The notes beneath the pieces were generated by a model. The model had not been told where the DNA came from and searched no databases. It worked only from the letters and a program-made list of their open reading frames with translations. DNA of 64,000 bases. Origin: Longimicrobiales bacterium. GTDB taxonomy: Bacteria > Gemmatimonadota > Gemmatimonadetes > Longimicrobiales > Gaopeijiaceae. The DNA lies in contig OZ220732.1 in the NCBI GenBank assembly GCA_965116905.1, forward strand, positions 1,888,001-1,952,000, given 5' to 3'. Every line of letters begins with the position of its first letter. Position 1 is the first letter of the stretch. The position numbers and the translations under genes were made by a program. Shown here piece by piece: positions 18,804 through 28,500 of this stretch.

Positions 18804-19958
18804 ATGAGCGTCCCATGGTCGAACTGTAAATTACAGTTTACACAATGTCATGTTTACTTTACATTTGTGGCCGCGGCCGTGGCCCTTATGCCGGCGTTTC
18901 CCGCCTCTGCGCAGTCGCCCGAACTCGTGTTCCTGTCGAACATCACCGGCACGGTGCGCGACGGTGAGGCGCTTGCGACCGTCGAGGAGCAGACCGCGGC
19001 GGCGCTGGACGCCCTCGGAGACCAGCTGACGGCCCGCGGGCTCGGCTACCGGGATGTCGTCGCGGTCAACGTGTTCCTCAGGGACACCCGGCACTTCCAG
19101 GCGATGAACGGGGTCTACCGAGGCTACTTCCCGGTCGATCCCCCGACACGTGCGACCGTCGAGGCCGACCTGCCCGACCGGGAAGCCCACGTGCAGATCT
19201 CGGCGGTGGCCACGCCGGACGAGACCGAGGTCATCTCGCCCGCGGGGCTGCAGTCGCCGGCGCTGCCGTATTCGTGGGGCATCCGCGCGGGCGACGTGCT
19301 CTTCATTGCGGGCGCGACGAGCCGCGATCCGGAGACCTATCAGCCCGTGGAAGGCGACGTGCAGACGCAGACGCGACGCGTCTTCGGGAACATCGGGATG
19401 ATCCTGGAAGAGGCCGGAATGGGCTACGGCGACCTCGTGAGCTGCAAGGTCTTCCTCGACGACGTGCGCCTGTGGGGCGACATGAACGAGGCCTACCGCG
19501 AATTCGTCACCGCCGACGATCCGCCGGCGCGGGCGGCGGTGCGCGGCGGGCTGATGAATCCCGCCTTCCTCGTCGAGATCCAGTGCGTGGCAGAGCGGTC
19601 GGACGAGCGCCGCGTCGTACTCCGCGAGGGTCAGCAGCGGGGACGGTCACCACTGTCTCCGGCGATCGCGACCGGTGGTCGTGTCTGGCTTGCCGGAATG
19701 CTCGCGCGCGGGGAGGACGCACGGGACGAGGCGCGGAACACGCTGGCGAGCCTCGGGGGGACGCTCGAGGCCGCGGGACTGGGGTTCGGGGACGTGGAGG
19801 ACGTTTGGGTCTATCTGACCGACGTGCGCGATGCGCCGGCCGTGCTGGAGGTGCTGGCCGAGACGATGCCGGGCGAGGTCCCGCCGGTGACCGTTGGGGG
19901 GCTGCCCCTCGTGGGTCGTTTGGGGGTGGAGATTCAGATGACGGCGGTGGTGCGCTGA
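18804..19958 (+). CDS. Three-domain RidA/YjgF-family protein with probable signal peptide
   Basis: GGAGGA RBS; three Rid-like units (…MNGVYRGYFPVDPPTRATV; PYSWGIRAGDVLFIAG…PPARAAV; PLSPAIATGGRVWLAG…VEIQMTA); N-terminal AAAVALMPAFPASA-Q. Confidence 0.85.
   Translation: MSVPWSNCKLQFTQCHVYFTFVAAAVALMPAFPASAQSPELVFLSNITGTVRDGEALATVEEQTAAALDALGDQLTARGLGYRDVVAVNVFLRDTRHFQAMNGVYRGYFPVDPPTRATVEADLPDREAHVQISAVATPDETEVISPAGLQSPALPYSWGIRAGDVLFIAGATSRDPETYQPVEGDVQTQTRRVFGNIGMILEEAGMGYGDLVSCKVFLDDVRLWGDMNEAYREFVTADDPPARAAVRGGLMNPAFLVEIQCVAERSDERRVVLREGQQRGRSPLSPAIATGGRVWLAGMLARGEDARDEARNTLASLGGTLEAAGLGFGDVEDVWVYLTDVRDAPAVLEVLAETMPGEVPPVTVGGLPLVGRLGVEIQMTAVVR
18825..18863. promoter_or_regulatory. AT-rich double palindromic box, copy A: TGTAAA-N6-TTTACA-N3-TGTCAT-N6-TTTACA
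   Basis: TGTAAAttacagTTTACAcaaTGTCATgtttacTTTACA; same spacing as copy B at 32154. Confidence 0.6.
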
Positions 19959-19965
19959 GCGGCTC

Positions 19966-21060
19966 GTGAGCACATCCGCCACACTGCTGGAAGGGGCCAT
20001 CAGCCGTGTGGCCGCTGCCGCCCCGCCGGGGGATCCGGCCGCGGTCCAGGCGCACCTCGACGCGCTGACCAAGCCGCCGGGAAGCCTCGGCCGTCTGGAG
20101 GAACTCGCTCTGCAGGTGGGCTGTGTGCTGGGCGATCCGCCGCCCGCGCTCGACGGAGCCGTGGTGTTCGTGTTCGCGGCGGATCACGGGGTCTCCGCGC
20201 AGGGCGTGTCCGCGTATCCGGCCGCGGTCACGGCGCAGATGTGCGCCAACTTCTCCGGTGGCGGTGCGGCGATCAACGTGCTTGTGCGGACGTGCGGCGC
20301 CGAGGTGCGGGTGGTCGATGTGGGCGTCGCGTCGGATGTCGCCGCGCTGAACGGGATTGAGCACCGGAAGATCCGCGCGGGGACGGCCGATCTGTCGGCG
20401 GGTCCCGCAATGACGGCGGACGAGGTCATGGCGGCGCTGGCGGTGGGGGTGGAGGCGGCGAGCGATGCGAACGCGCGGATCGTGGGCGTCGGCGAGATGG
20501 GCATCGCGAACACGACCGCGGCGGCTGCGGTCACGGCCTGCCTGACCGGGGCCGCGCCACACGGGGTCGTGGGCCGAGGCACGGGGGTTGACGATGGTGG
20601 ACTGGCCCGCAAGCGCGAGGTGGTGGAGCAAGCGGTGGCACGAGTGGTTCGGCTGGAGGGTCCGCGCGACGAGGCGCTCGAGGTGCTGCGCCAGGTGGGC
20701 GGACTCGAGATCGCCGCGATGGCGGGCGCCATGATCGGCGCGGCGGCGCGGGGTGCGCTCGTGCTGGTGGATGGCTTCATCTCCTCGGCCGCGGCGCTGG
20801 CGGCCTGCCACCTGTGCGCCGCGCTGCCGCCGTACCTCGTCGCGTCGCACCGCTCGACCGAGCCGGGTCACGCCGCGGCGCTCGACGCGCTCGGCCTGGT
20901 TCCCCTGCTCGACCTCGAAATGCGGCTGGGCGAGGGGACCGGGTGCGCGCTTACCATCCCGATCGTGCGGGCAGCCGGGGCGCTGCTCACCGAGATGGCG
21001 ACCTTTCGATCGGCGGGGATATCGGGGCCGGGCGGTGGTGTGCCTGGGGGCGCTCCATGA
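19966..21060 (+). CDS. cobT: Nicotinate-nucleotide--dimethylbenzimidazole phosphoribosyltransferase
   Basis: LTKPPGSLGRLE, FAADHGV, SAYPAAVT, GEMGIANTT, LVDGFIS, MRLGEGTG. Confidence 0.95.
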   Translation: MSTSATLLEGAISRVAAAAPPGDPAAVQAHLDALTKPPGSLGRLEELALQVGCVLGDPPPALDGAVVFVFAADHGVSAQGVSAYPAAVTAQMCANFSGGGAAINVLVRTCGAEVRVVDVGVASDVAALNGIEHRKIRAGTADLSAGPAMTADEVMAALAVGVEAASDANARIVGVGEMGIANTTAAAAVTACLTGAAPHGVVGRGTGVDDGGLARKREVVEQAVARVVRLEGPRDEALEVLRQVGGLEIAAMAGAMIGAAARGALVLVDGFISSAAALAACHLCAALPPYLVASHRSTEPGHAAALDALGLVPLLDLEMRLGEGTGCALTIPIVRAAGALLTEMATFRSAGISGPGGGVPGGAP

Positions 21061-21590
21061 TGAGACTCATCGTCGTGACGGGAGGCGTGCGGTCGGGCAA
21101 GAGCCGGTGGGCGCAGGACGAGGCGCTGGCGCACGGGGGCGAAGAGGTCACCGTGATCGCGACCGCGGAGGCCGTCGACGACGAGATGCGCGGCCGGATC
21201 GAGGCGCACCGCCGCAATCGTCCCGCAGGGTGGCGCACCGTGGAGGCGCCGGAACGGGCGGGTCAGGCGATCCTGGCCGCCGTGACCGACACGGTCGTGC
21301 TTGACTGCGTGACCGTGCTCACCGGCATGGCGATCGGACGCGCGGGCGCGAAGAGCGAGTCCCGGGCGCTGGAGGCGATGGCCGCCGAGATCGACGGAAT
21401 CCTCGACGCGAGGGAGGCGCGCGCCGGGTTGCTCATCGTCGTGACGAACGAGGTGGGATGGAGCGTGCATCCCCCCACCGCGGTCGGACGCTGGTATCAG
21501 GACGGATTGGGGATGGCCAATCAGCGTCTCGCCGCCGCCGCGGACCGGGTGGTGCTCATGGTCTCCGGGCTGGAGACCCGACTCAAGTGA
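21057..21590 (+). CDS. cobU: Adenosylcobinamide kinase / adenosylcobinamide-phosphate guanylyltransferase
   Basis: GGVRSGKS P-loop, RIEAHRRNRPAGW, VTNEVG, NQRLAAAAD; ATGA overlap with cobT. Confidence 0.95.
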   Translation: MMRLIVVTGGVRSGKSRWAQDEALAHGGEEVTVIATAEAVDDEMRGRIEAHRRNRPAGWRTVEAPERAGQAILAAVTDTVVLDCVTVLTGMAIGRAGAKSESRALEAMAAEIDGILDAREARAGLLIVVTNEVGWSVHPPTAVGRWYQDGLGMANQRLAAAADRVVLMVSGLETRLK

Positions 21591-22402
21591 GGGCCGCTCT
21601 CCGGGGCGCGCGTGCCGCCTTCGTCTTCATGACCCGTGTGCCGGTGGGCGGCTTTCCGTACGCGGCCGGGGAATGGCGGTGGACCTCGGCGTGGTTCCCG
21701 TTGGTGGGGCTGGCCGTTGGGACGGTGTGCGCGGCGGTGTGGTGGCTGGTGGCTCCGCTGGGACCGTGGGTCGCTGCAATGGCCGTGCTGGTCGCGTCGA
21801 TCCTCCTGACCGGCGCGTTCCACGAAGACGGACTCGCCGACACCGCCGACGCGCTGGGCGGAGCACACGACCGCGCGAAGATCTTCGTCATTCTCAAGGA
21901 CTCGCGGGTCGGTGCCTTCGGGGCTCTGGCTCTGGTGGTCTCGATCGCGTTCCGGTTGGTCCTGCTCGCGCAGCTGACGGGTGCCGCGGCCGTCGCCCTG
22001 CTCCTCGCGCACTGCCTTGCGCGGGTCGGGCCCGTCTGGCTGATGGTCGCGATGCCCTACGTCAGCGATGCGGCGGCGAAAAGCCGCCAGGTCACGCGTG
22101 CCGGCCCGGCCCAGGGCGTGCTCGCCACCGCGATCGGCGTGGCGGTGGCCGGGGGCGTGGTGCTGGCCGGGAGTGGAGTGCTGGCCGGGGGCGCAGTGCT
22201 GGCCGGGGGCGCGATCGGCGCAACCACCGCCGTCGCGGCACTCGCTGCGATGGCCCTTGCCACAGCGTTCTGCGGCTGGCGGTTCCATGCGCGGACAGGC
22301 GGATTGACCGGCGACTTCCTGGGTGCCGCGGAGCAGGTGAACGAGATCGTCATCCTTTTCACAATCCTCGCGGTGCTGCGGGTGGCAGGGTTCGGCCCAT
22401 GA
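21587..22402 (+). CDS. cobS: Adenosylcobinamide-GDP ribazoletransferase (cobalamin synthase)
   Basis: FMTRVP, FPLVG, LTGAFHEDGLADTAD, KDSRVGAFG, GGLTGDFLGA; GTGA overlap with cobU. Confidence 0.93.
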   Translation: MRAALRGARAAFVFMTRVPVGGFPYAAGEWRWTSAWFPLVGLAVGTVCAAVWWLVAPLGPWVAAMAVLVASILLTGAFHEDGLADTADALGGAHDRAKIFVILKDSRVGAFGALALVVSIAFRLVLLAQLTGAAAVALLLAHCLARVGPVWLMVAMPYVSDAAAKSRQVTRAGPAQGVLATAIGVAVAGGVVLAGSGVLAGGAVLAGGAIGATTAVAALAAMALATAFCGWRFHARTGGLTGDFLGAAEQVNEIVILFTILAVLRVAGFGP

Positions 22403-22977
22403 TCCGCCTCCTCGCCATCCGCCACGCGCCGGTCACCGTCGAGCGGGTCTTCTACGGGCAGACCGACGTGCCCACGACTCTCGACGCCACCGAGGCGGCC
22501 GTGCGCATCGAGGCCACGGTGGCCGAGTTTGGCCCGGGCACGATCTGGTCTTCCGATGCCGTTCGCTGCCGGGAGCCCGCCGCACTGTTGTCGGAGCGTC
22601 TCGGAGTACAGCATCGGATCGACGAGCGGGTGCGCGAGATGTCCTACGGCGATTGGGAGGGGCGGGGCTGGGACGCCGTGCCGCGCGCCGAAATCGACGA
22701 GTGGATGGCCGACTGGCAGAGCCGATCCCCGCCTGGGGGTGAGAGTGTCGCCACGTTCACCGCACGGGTCGCGGCGTGGTGGCGGGAACTCGAGGCGGGG
22801 CAGCACTTCCTCATGGCTCACGCGGGGGTGGTGCACTGCCTCGATGTCGTCGCCGACGGTCTCGCCTGGGAGAAGACCGTCGAACAGCGACTGGACTTCC
22901 TGCAGGCCAGGCGGTTCGCGCGGCCGCCCGTGTCCCGGGCGCGCGATCCTTCGAGCGAGGGGATTCGCCCAAAGTGA
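22399..22977 (+). CDS. cobC: Histidine phosphatase, probable alpha-ribazole-5'-phosphate phosphatase
   Basis: IRHA..FYGQTDVP, REMSYGDWEG, PPGGES, AHAGV; ATGA overlap with cobS. Confidence 0.8.
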   Translation: MIRLLAIRHAPVTVERVFYGQTDVPTTLDATEAAVRIEATVAEFGPGTIWSSDAVRCREPAALLSERLGVQHRIDERVREMSYGDWEGRGWDAVPRAEIDEWMADWQSRSPPGGESVATFTARVAAWWRELEAGQHFLMAHAGVVHCLDVVADGLAWEKTVEQRLDFLQARRFARPPVSRARDPSSEGIRPK

Positions 22978-23969
22978 CGCGCACGCCCCGCCGGCTCGTC
23001 CTCCTCGCGCTCGCCCTCGTGGCCGCAATGGCGATCAGCGTCTCCTTCGGCGCATCCGGGCTCGGTCCCGTCGACCTGTGGCGTGCGCTGTCGGCCGATG
23101 GCGACCCCACGGCGCGATCGATCCTGTTGCAGTTGCGGCTGCCGCGCGCCGTGCTTGCCGCCCTCGTCGGCGGTGCGCTCGGCCTCAGCGGCTGCACCTT
23201 TCAGGCACTCCTGCGCAACCCGCTGGCCGACCCGTACGTGCTCGGTGTTTCGGGGGGGGCAGCCGTCGGCGCGGTGGCGATCGTCGTGACCGGAATCGGC
23301 GTCATTCTGCCCTGGACGCTCCCGGCGGGCGCGTTTCTCGGTGCGGTGGCCGCGATGGCGCTCGTACTCGAGGTCGCGCGGCGCGCCTCGCCCGGGGCGA
23401 TGGACACGCGCGTCCTGATCCTCTCCGGGGTCATCATCGGCGCCTTCTTCAACGCCATCATCCTGCTCATGCTCTCGATCGCCGACGTCGAGTCCTTCCG
23501 CTCGGCGGTCTTCTGGATGATGGGCAACCTGTCGGGCGCCGACTGGGGCTCGACATCGCTGCTGGCGGTGCTGCTCGTGCCCACGGGCGCGGCGGTGCTC
23601 TCGATGGCTCGTGCCTTCAACCTCCTGTCCAGGGGCGAGGAGGTTGCCCACTACCTGGGCGCTTCGGTGCAGCGCGTAAAGCTGACTGCGTACCTGTCCG
23701 CGTCGCTGATGGTCGCCGCGGCGGTCGCGGCCGGCGGGGTGATCGGCTTTGTCGGACTGATCGTGCCGCATGCGGTCCGGCTCGCGTGGGGGAACGATCA
23801 CCGCCTGCTCCTTCCCGCGTCGTTCCTGGCCGGGATGGCGTTCCTCCTGGTGGCCGACACGCTGGCCCGGCTGGTCGTGGCGCCGGCCGAGCTGCCGACC
23901 GGAGTGGTGACCGCCGTGGCCGGCGTGCCCTTCTTCGTGGCGCTGCTCATGCGAGGCGGGCGGCGGTGA
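22974..23969 (+). CDS. btuC: Cobalamin/iron-chelate ABC transporter permease (BtuC-like)
   Basis: LRLPRAVLA, QALLRNPLADPYVLGVSGGA, GVIGFVGLIVPH, ELPTGVVTA. Confidence 0.88.
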   Translation: MTRTPRRLVLLALALVAAMAISVSFGASGLGPVDLWRALSADGDPTARSILLQLRLPRAVLAALVGGALGLSGCTFQALLRNPLADPYVLGVSGGAAVGAVAIVVTGIGVILPWTLPAGAFLGAVAAMALVLEVARRASPGAMDTRVLILSGVIIGAFFNAIILLMLSIADVESFRSAVFWMMGNLSGADWGSTSLLAVLLVPTGAAVLSMARAFNLLSRGEEVAHYLGASVQRVKLTAYLSASLMVAAAVAAGGVIGFVGLIVPHAVRLAWGNDHRLLLPASFLAGMAFLLVADTLARLVVAPAELPTGVVTAVAGVPFFVALLMRGGRR

Positions 23970-24784
23970 GCGCTGACCGGCATCCCGTGCTGAACGGTCG
24001 CGGCCTGACGTTCGCGCACCCGCGCGCGAAGGAGGCCGCCGTGCGAGACATCTCGCTGTCCCTGCATCCGGGGCAGCTTCTGGCCGTCGTCGGCCCGAAC
24101 GGTGCGGGGAAAACCACGCTGTTGAGGCTCCTCACCGGCTCGCTCGCTCCGCAGCAGGGTGAAGTGCGGCTCGGTGGTCGACTCCTGGGCGAACTCGGCG
24201 ACCGTGAACGGGCCCGTGCGCTCGCGGTGGTGCCGCAATCCGAGTTTTCGCCGTTTCCGGTGACGGTGCGTGAGATGGTGGGGATGGGGCGGTACGCGCA
24301 CCTCGGCCCGTGGGAGCGCACCGGCGTGTCCGACCGGGCCGTCGTCGAACGCGCACTCGAAAGGTGCGCCGTCGCCGAGTTCGCCGAGCGTCAGCTCGGT
24401 GAACTTTCCGGGGGTGAGCGCCAGCGTGCCCGTATCGCGCGCGCGCTTGCCCAGGAAGCCCCCACGCTGCTTCTCGACGAACCCTCGGCCGGCCTCGACC
24501 TGCGCTACCGCATGGAGCTCTTCCACCTGCTTCGGGAGTTGCGCACCGAGGGACTTGCCGTGCTCGTCGTCACTCACGACCTGAACCTCGCGGCCCGTTT
24601 CGCCGACCGCCTGCTGCTACTCGACCGCGGTCGGGCAGCGGCTCGCGGAGCCCCCGAGCACGTGCTCTCGCGCGAGGCGCTGGAGGCCATCTACGAATGG
24701 CCGCTCCGGCTCGTCCCGCACCCCGGACCCGGGAGCGATACCGGGGCGCCGCAGACGATTCCTCTCAGGCGCGACGGTCCGTAA
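23966..24784 (+). CDS. btuD: Cobalamin/iron-chelate ABC transporter ATPase (BtuD-like)
   Basis: GPNGAGKTT, LSGGERQR, LLLDEP, VTHDLNLAARFAD. Confidence 0.88.
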   Translation: MSADRHPVLNGRGLTFAHPRAKEAAVRDISLSLHPGQLLAVVGPNGAGKTTLLRLLTGSLAPQQGEVRLGGRLLGELGDRERARALAVVPQSEFSPFPVTVREMVGMGRYAHLGPWERTGVSDRAVVERALERCAVAEFAERQLGELSGGERQRARIARALAQEAPTLLLDEPSAGLDLRYRMELFHLLRELRTEGLAVLVVTHDLNLAARFADRLLLLDRGRAAARGAPEHVLSREALEAIYEWPLRLVPHPGPGSDTGAPQTIPLRRDGP

Positions 24785-24856
24785 CGGGCCGACGCTTCGA
24801 TGCTCGCCCTGCCATGAGACGCCGCCGAGGCCAGGGCTCACCCACCCGCGAGCCGG

Positions 24857-25570
24857 TCACTCCCGGGCAGGAGCACGGGACTCGCGCACCACCATGACCT
24901 GCGCGCCGTCGACCGGGCGCTGCTCGTACGTTGTCGCTGCCGCCTGTTCGAGCCGTGCAACGTACTCGTTGATACGACCGCGGTCGTCGGTCCAGAAGGT
25001 CAGCAGCGCCCCCGACTGGGGGATGGCACCGGCGACGAAGGCCCGCAAACCCCCATCGGTGTTGACGCCGTACAGGATCAGGTCCGGAGCTGCCTTCACG
25101 GTATCGATCCGTGGACCCTCCACCGAAAGCACCACGGCGCCGACGTCCAGCTGATCGTGCTGGATCACGACCTCGACGTACCCGAACCGGTTGTCCACGT
25201 CGACTCCCATCTGCTGCTGGGTCGACAATCCCCCCGGGTCGCGGGCCGTCACCGTCACGACGGCGCCGCCCATGGCCAGCCCGGTCACCGTGAGGAAGTT
25301 GCCCGAGACGGTGGCCGTGGCGATCGCGTTGTTCGACACGGTGGCGGTGTAGGTCAGACGGTCGTTGTCGGGGTCGCTGAAGTAGCCGGTCAGGATCACC
25401 CTCACCGTGTCGCCGACGAGCATCTCGACGGCGGGGATCGCATCGGTCGCCACCGGTGGCCGGTTGGTCGGCGGCGGGGGCGCCACCGGTGCGTCCTCGC
25501 CGCCACAGGAGTGGACGACGACCGCCGCCGCTGCAGCCAGAATCAGCAGAGCACACCGCTTCAGGTTCAC
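24857..25570 (-). CDS. Lipoprotein with Ig-like (cadherin/Big) domain and a C-terminal beta-sandwich (cohesin-like by inference)
   Basis: GTG start overlaps the upstream stop (GTGA); lipobox VHSC; NRPPVA...FSDPDNDRLTY...VTVTARDPGGLS Ig domain; C-terminal GAVVLSVEG...LRAFVAG...GALLTFW. Confidence 0.7.
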   Translation of the reverse strand: MNLKRCALLILAAAAAVVVHSCGGEDAPVAPPPPTNRPPVATDAIPAVEMLVGDTVRVILTGYFSDPDNDRLTYTATVSNNAIATATVSGNFLTVTGLAMGGAVVTVTARDPGGLSTQQQMGVDVDNRFGYVEVVIQHDQLDVGAVVLSVEGPRIDTVKAAPDLILYGVNTDGGLRAFVAGAIPQSGALLTFWTDDRGRINEYVARLEQAAATTYEQRPVDGAQVMVVRESRAPARE

Positions 25571-28500
25571 GGTCGCTCCCTCCCGTCCGGTCGTCCCGGG
25601 GTGCCGCAGCCGGACTCCTCGCCGCCGGCAGCGCAGTGGTCGAGCCACCGCAGCACGTCGCCCGCGTTAAAGGTCCCATCCTGGTTGCCGAACCAGTCGA
25701 GAAAGCGCTCCTGTTCGGGCTGGAGCTGTCCGTCCCCGAGGAGGTGTTGCGCCGCTCCCTCGACCGTCATCGGGGCAACCACCTCGAAGCGGTCCACGAT
25801 CATGCCCAGCAGGTACGATCGACCCGGCACCCGGATCATGATCGTGTCCTCGAACGTCCCGGGATCCAGAGACTCCGAAGAACGTGACCAGACGATCGGA
25901 GCCTCCCGGCCTCCGGCCGTCTTGTCGATCATCAGCCACTCCGAACCGCTGGAGGCCGTCCACACCGCCGAGGCGGCCCCGAAGCCGGTCAGGCCGGACG
26001 GCAGTGAGTCCGAGGTGACGACGGACCAGCCCGACACGCCGTAGCCCGAGGTGAGGCGCAGTGCGGGAAGGGTCAGCGGCGGCTCGACCGACAGGCTGTA
26101 CACCAGCGTCGCGGGGCTTCCCGTCGCCAGGGGGGCCAGGACCACTACCGAGTCCACGTAGACGCCCGGGGGCAGACTATCCGGATCGATCGTCCACCGG
26201 ACGGAGGCGCTGCCGACGCCGGTCGTATCGATGAGCTCGAACCAATCGGTACGTCCCGGGTGGCTGGCGATCCATTCCACCGTTGCCGCCCGGGGCCCCT
26301 CGAAGTCGACCGCCAACGAATCCGTGAAGGCCTCCGTGCTGTCCTGCTCCACCGACATCAGCCGCTCGGTGCTGCCCAGTGTCATGTGGCCCCTGGGAAC
26401 AGCGCTGTGGACCGTCACCGGAATCGTGACGGCGTCGGCTACGCCGGCGACGTTCACGCGGATCGTGGCCGAGTGGTCGCCAGGGGTAAGCTCGGTTGCG
26501 GCGACGCTGTAGCCCAATCGCCCGCGTCCGGCTCCGGTCGCTCCCTCAAGGGTCATCCAGGGCGCGTCCGAGGCGGTTGCCGTCCATGTGGCAAGTTGTT
26601 CGTCCCGTCCGCTGGGCGCCACGATCACCTGACCCTCCGCCTGCGTTTCCACGCCGGAGAGAATCGTATCGCTCACCGCCGAGGGCCGCGTCCGCGCCGT
26701 CAGCGGAACGTCGATCGGGATCTCGTACATCCCCCGGCCGTGCGTGGCGGCGAGCAGCCTGCCCGTCCCCGGACTGGCCGCGATGTCGAACACGGCAGCC
26801 ATGGGCAGGTCGATGTCGAGCATGTCCCAGGAGTCCCCTCCCCGGGGCGAGTGGAACACGCCCAGGTCGGTTCCGATGTACACGGCGTCGGGGTTCTCGG
26901 GGTCGTACAGGACCGCGTTGACGGGGTGGTCCGGGAGGCTGCCCGTGCGGTCACGCCACGTGCGCCCTCCGTCGGTCGTCTGGAAGACGTGGCCGGCTCC
27001 GAAGCCGCCGGCGACCGCGTAGGCGACATCCGGGTCGTCAGGATGCACCGCGAGGTCACCGATGTACCGATCTGCGGGAAGCCCCTCGGCGGGCCCGACG
27101 ATCGACCAGGACGCCCCCGCGTCGCGAGTCACCGCTACCCCCCCAAGGGTCAGGGAGATGTACACGGTATTGGGGTCGGACAAAGAGGGGGCGATCGCGG
27201 AGATCCTGCCTTCCCAAGTTGGTCCGGGGAAGGCTTCCGAGACCCGGATCCACTCTTCGGCCGCGTTGTCGGTGCGATACAGTCTTCGGGTGCCGAAATA
27301 GAGCCTCTTCGAGTCGATCGGATCCATCACGAGCGGGGGGACAAACGCAGCGTCTTCACCCATGTCGATCCCGGAGATCCGCCGCTCGCCGTTCTTTCGC
27401 GGCCCACCGACGACCGGGTCCCACTGTGACTCGTTGTACCAGGTGTCGCGGTTCTCGGCATCGATAGCCGTGAACCCGCCGTCTCCGCCAATCAGCTTCG
27501 TCCATGTCGTGGTCCCGGCCGCGGACCGCACAGTGCCCTGATCCTGAGTTCCCCCGAGCGTCACGGCAGGATCGGACGGATGTGCGGTGATGCCCGGATA
27601 GAACTGAGCCAGGGCCAGGTTGGTGGCCAACGAAGTCCAGCTCGTGCCGGCGTCCGGAGACCGGAATACGCCGCCGTCGTTGGCCACGTAGAGGACATCC
27701 GGACCGCTCAGCGTGTCGAAGACCAGCAGGTGTTGATCGACGAAGAGGTTGTTCGGATGGATCTGCCGAAAAGTGCGGCCGCCATCGATGGAAGCCTGAA
27801 GGACGATGGCCCCCAGGTAGAGCCGGTCCGGGTCCAGGGGGTGCACCGCCAGGGTCATGTCGTACCAGCATTGGTGATGGCACGTGGCGCCGTCCGCCTC
27901 GAGTTCCTGCCAGGTCGCCGCGCCGTCGTCGCTGCGGTACAGCAGCAAGCCCTTTCGAGTCTCGCGGTCTTCTCCGACGTTCACGACACCGGCATACAGG
28001 GTCTCGGGTGCCGATGGGGAGATCGCCAGATTGATGCGCCTGATGTCGGTATCGCGGAGACCGGCGGAGGCTTGCGTCCATGAGCGGCCGCCGTCGCTGG
28101 ATTTGTGGATGCCCCAGTTGGCGTATCGTGGAAGCGAGTGGAACGCTGCGTACAGGACCGAGGGATCGGCGGGATCCATGATGAGATCGGTGGCGACGCC
28201 ACGCCTGACCAGGGTCCAGCTGCGGCCGCTGTCCGTCGAGCGAAACAGCCCGAAGTCCGTGGCCGCCAGCACCGTCGTAGAGCTGAGTGAACCGGCGGTT
28301 GCCGGGTCGACGACCACCCGGGAAATCCGTGCCCCTATGTTCCCCGGTATGCGCAAAACGTCGGCCCCCTGCTCCTCCCACGTCCTGCCCCCGTCCGCCG
28401 ACCGGAGCATTCCGCAGCCGTAGTAGCTGTCTCCCGAGAAGTGCTGCTCCCCGGTGCCCGCGTAGACGATGTCGGGATTGACCGGGTCTATGGCGATCGA

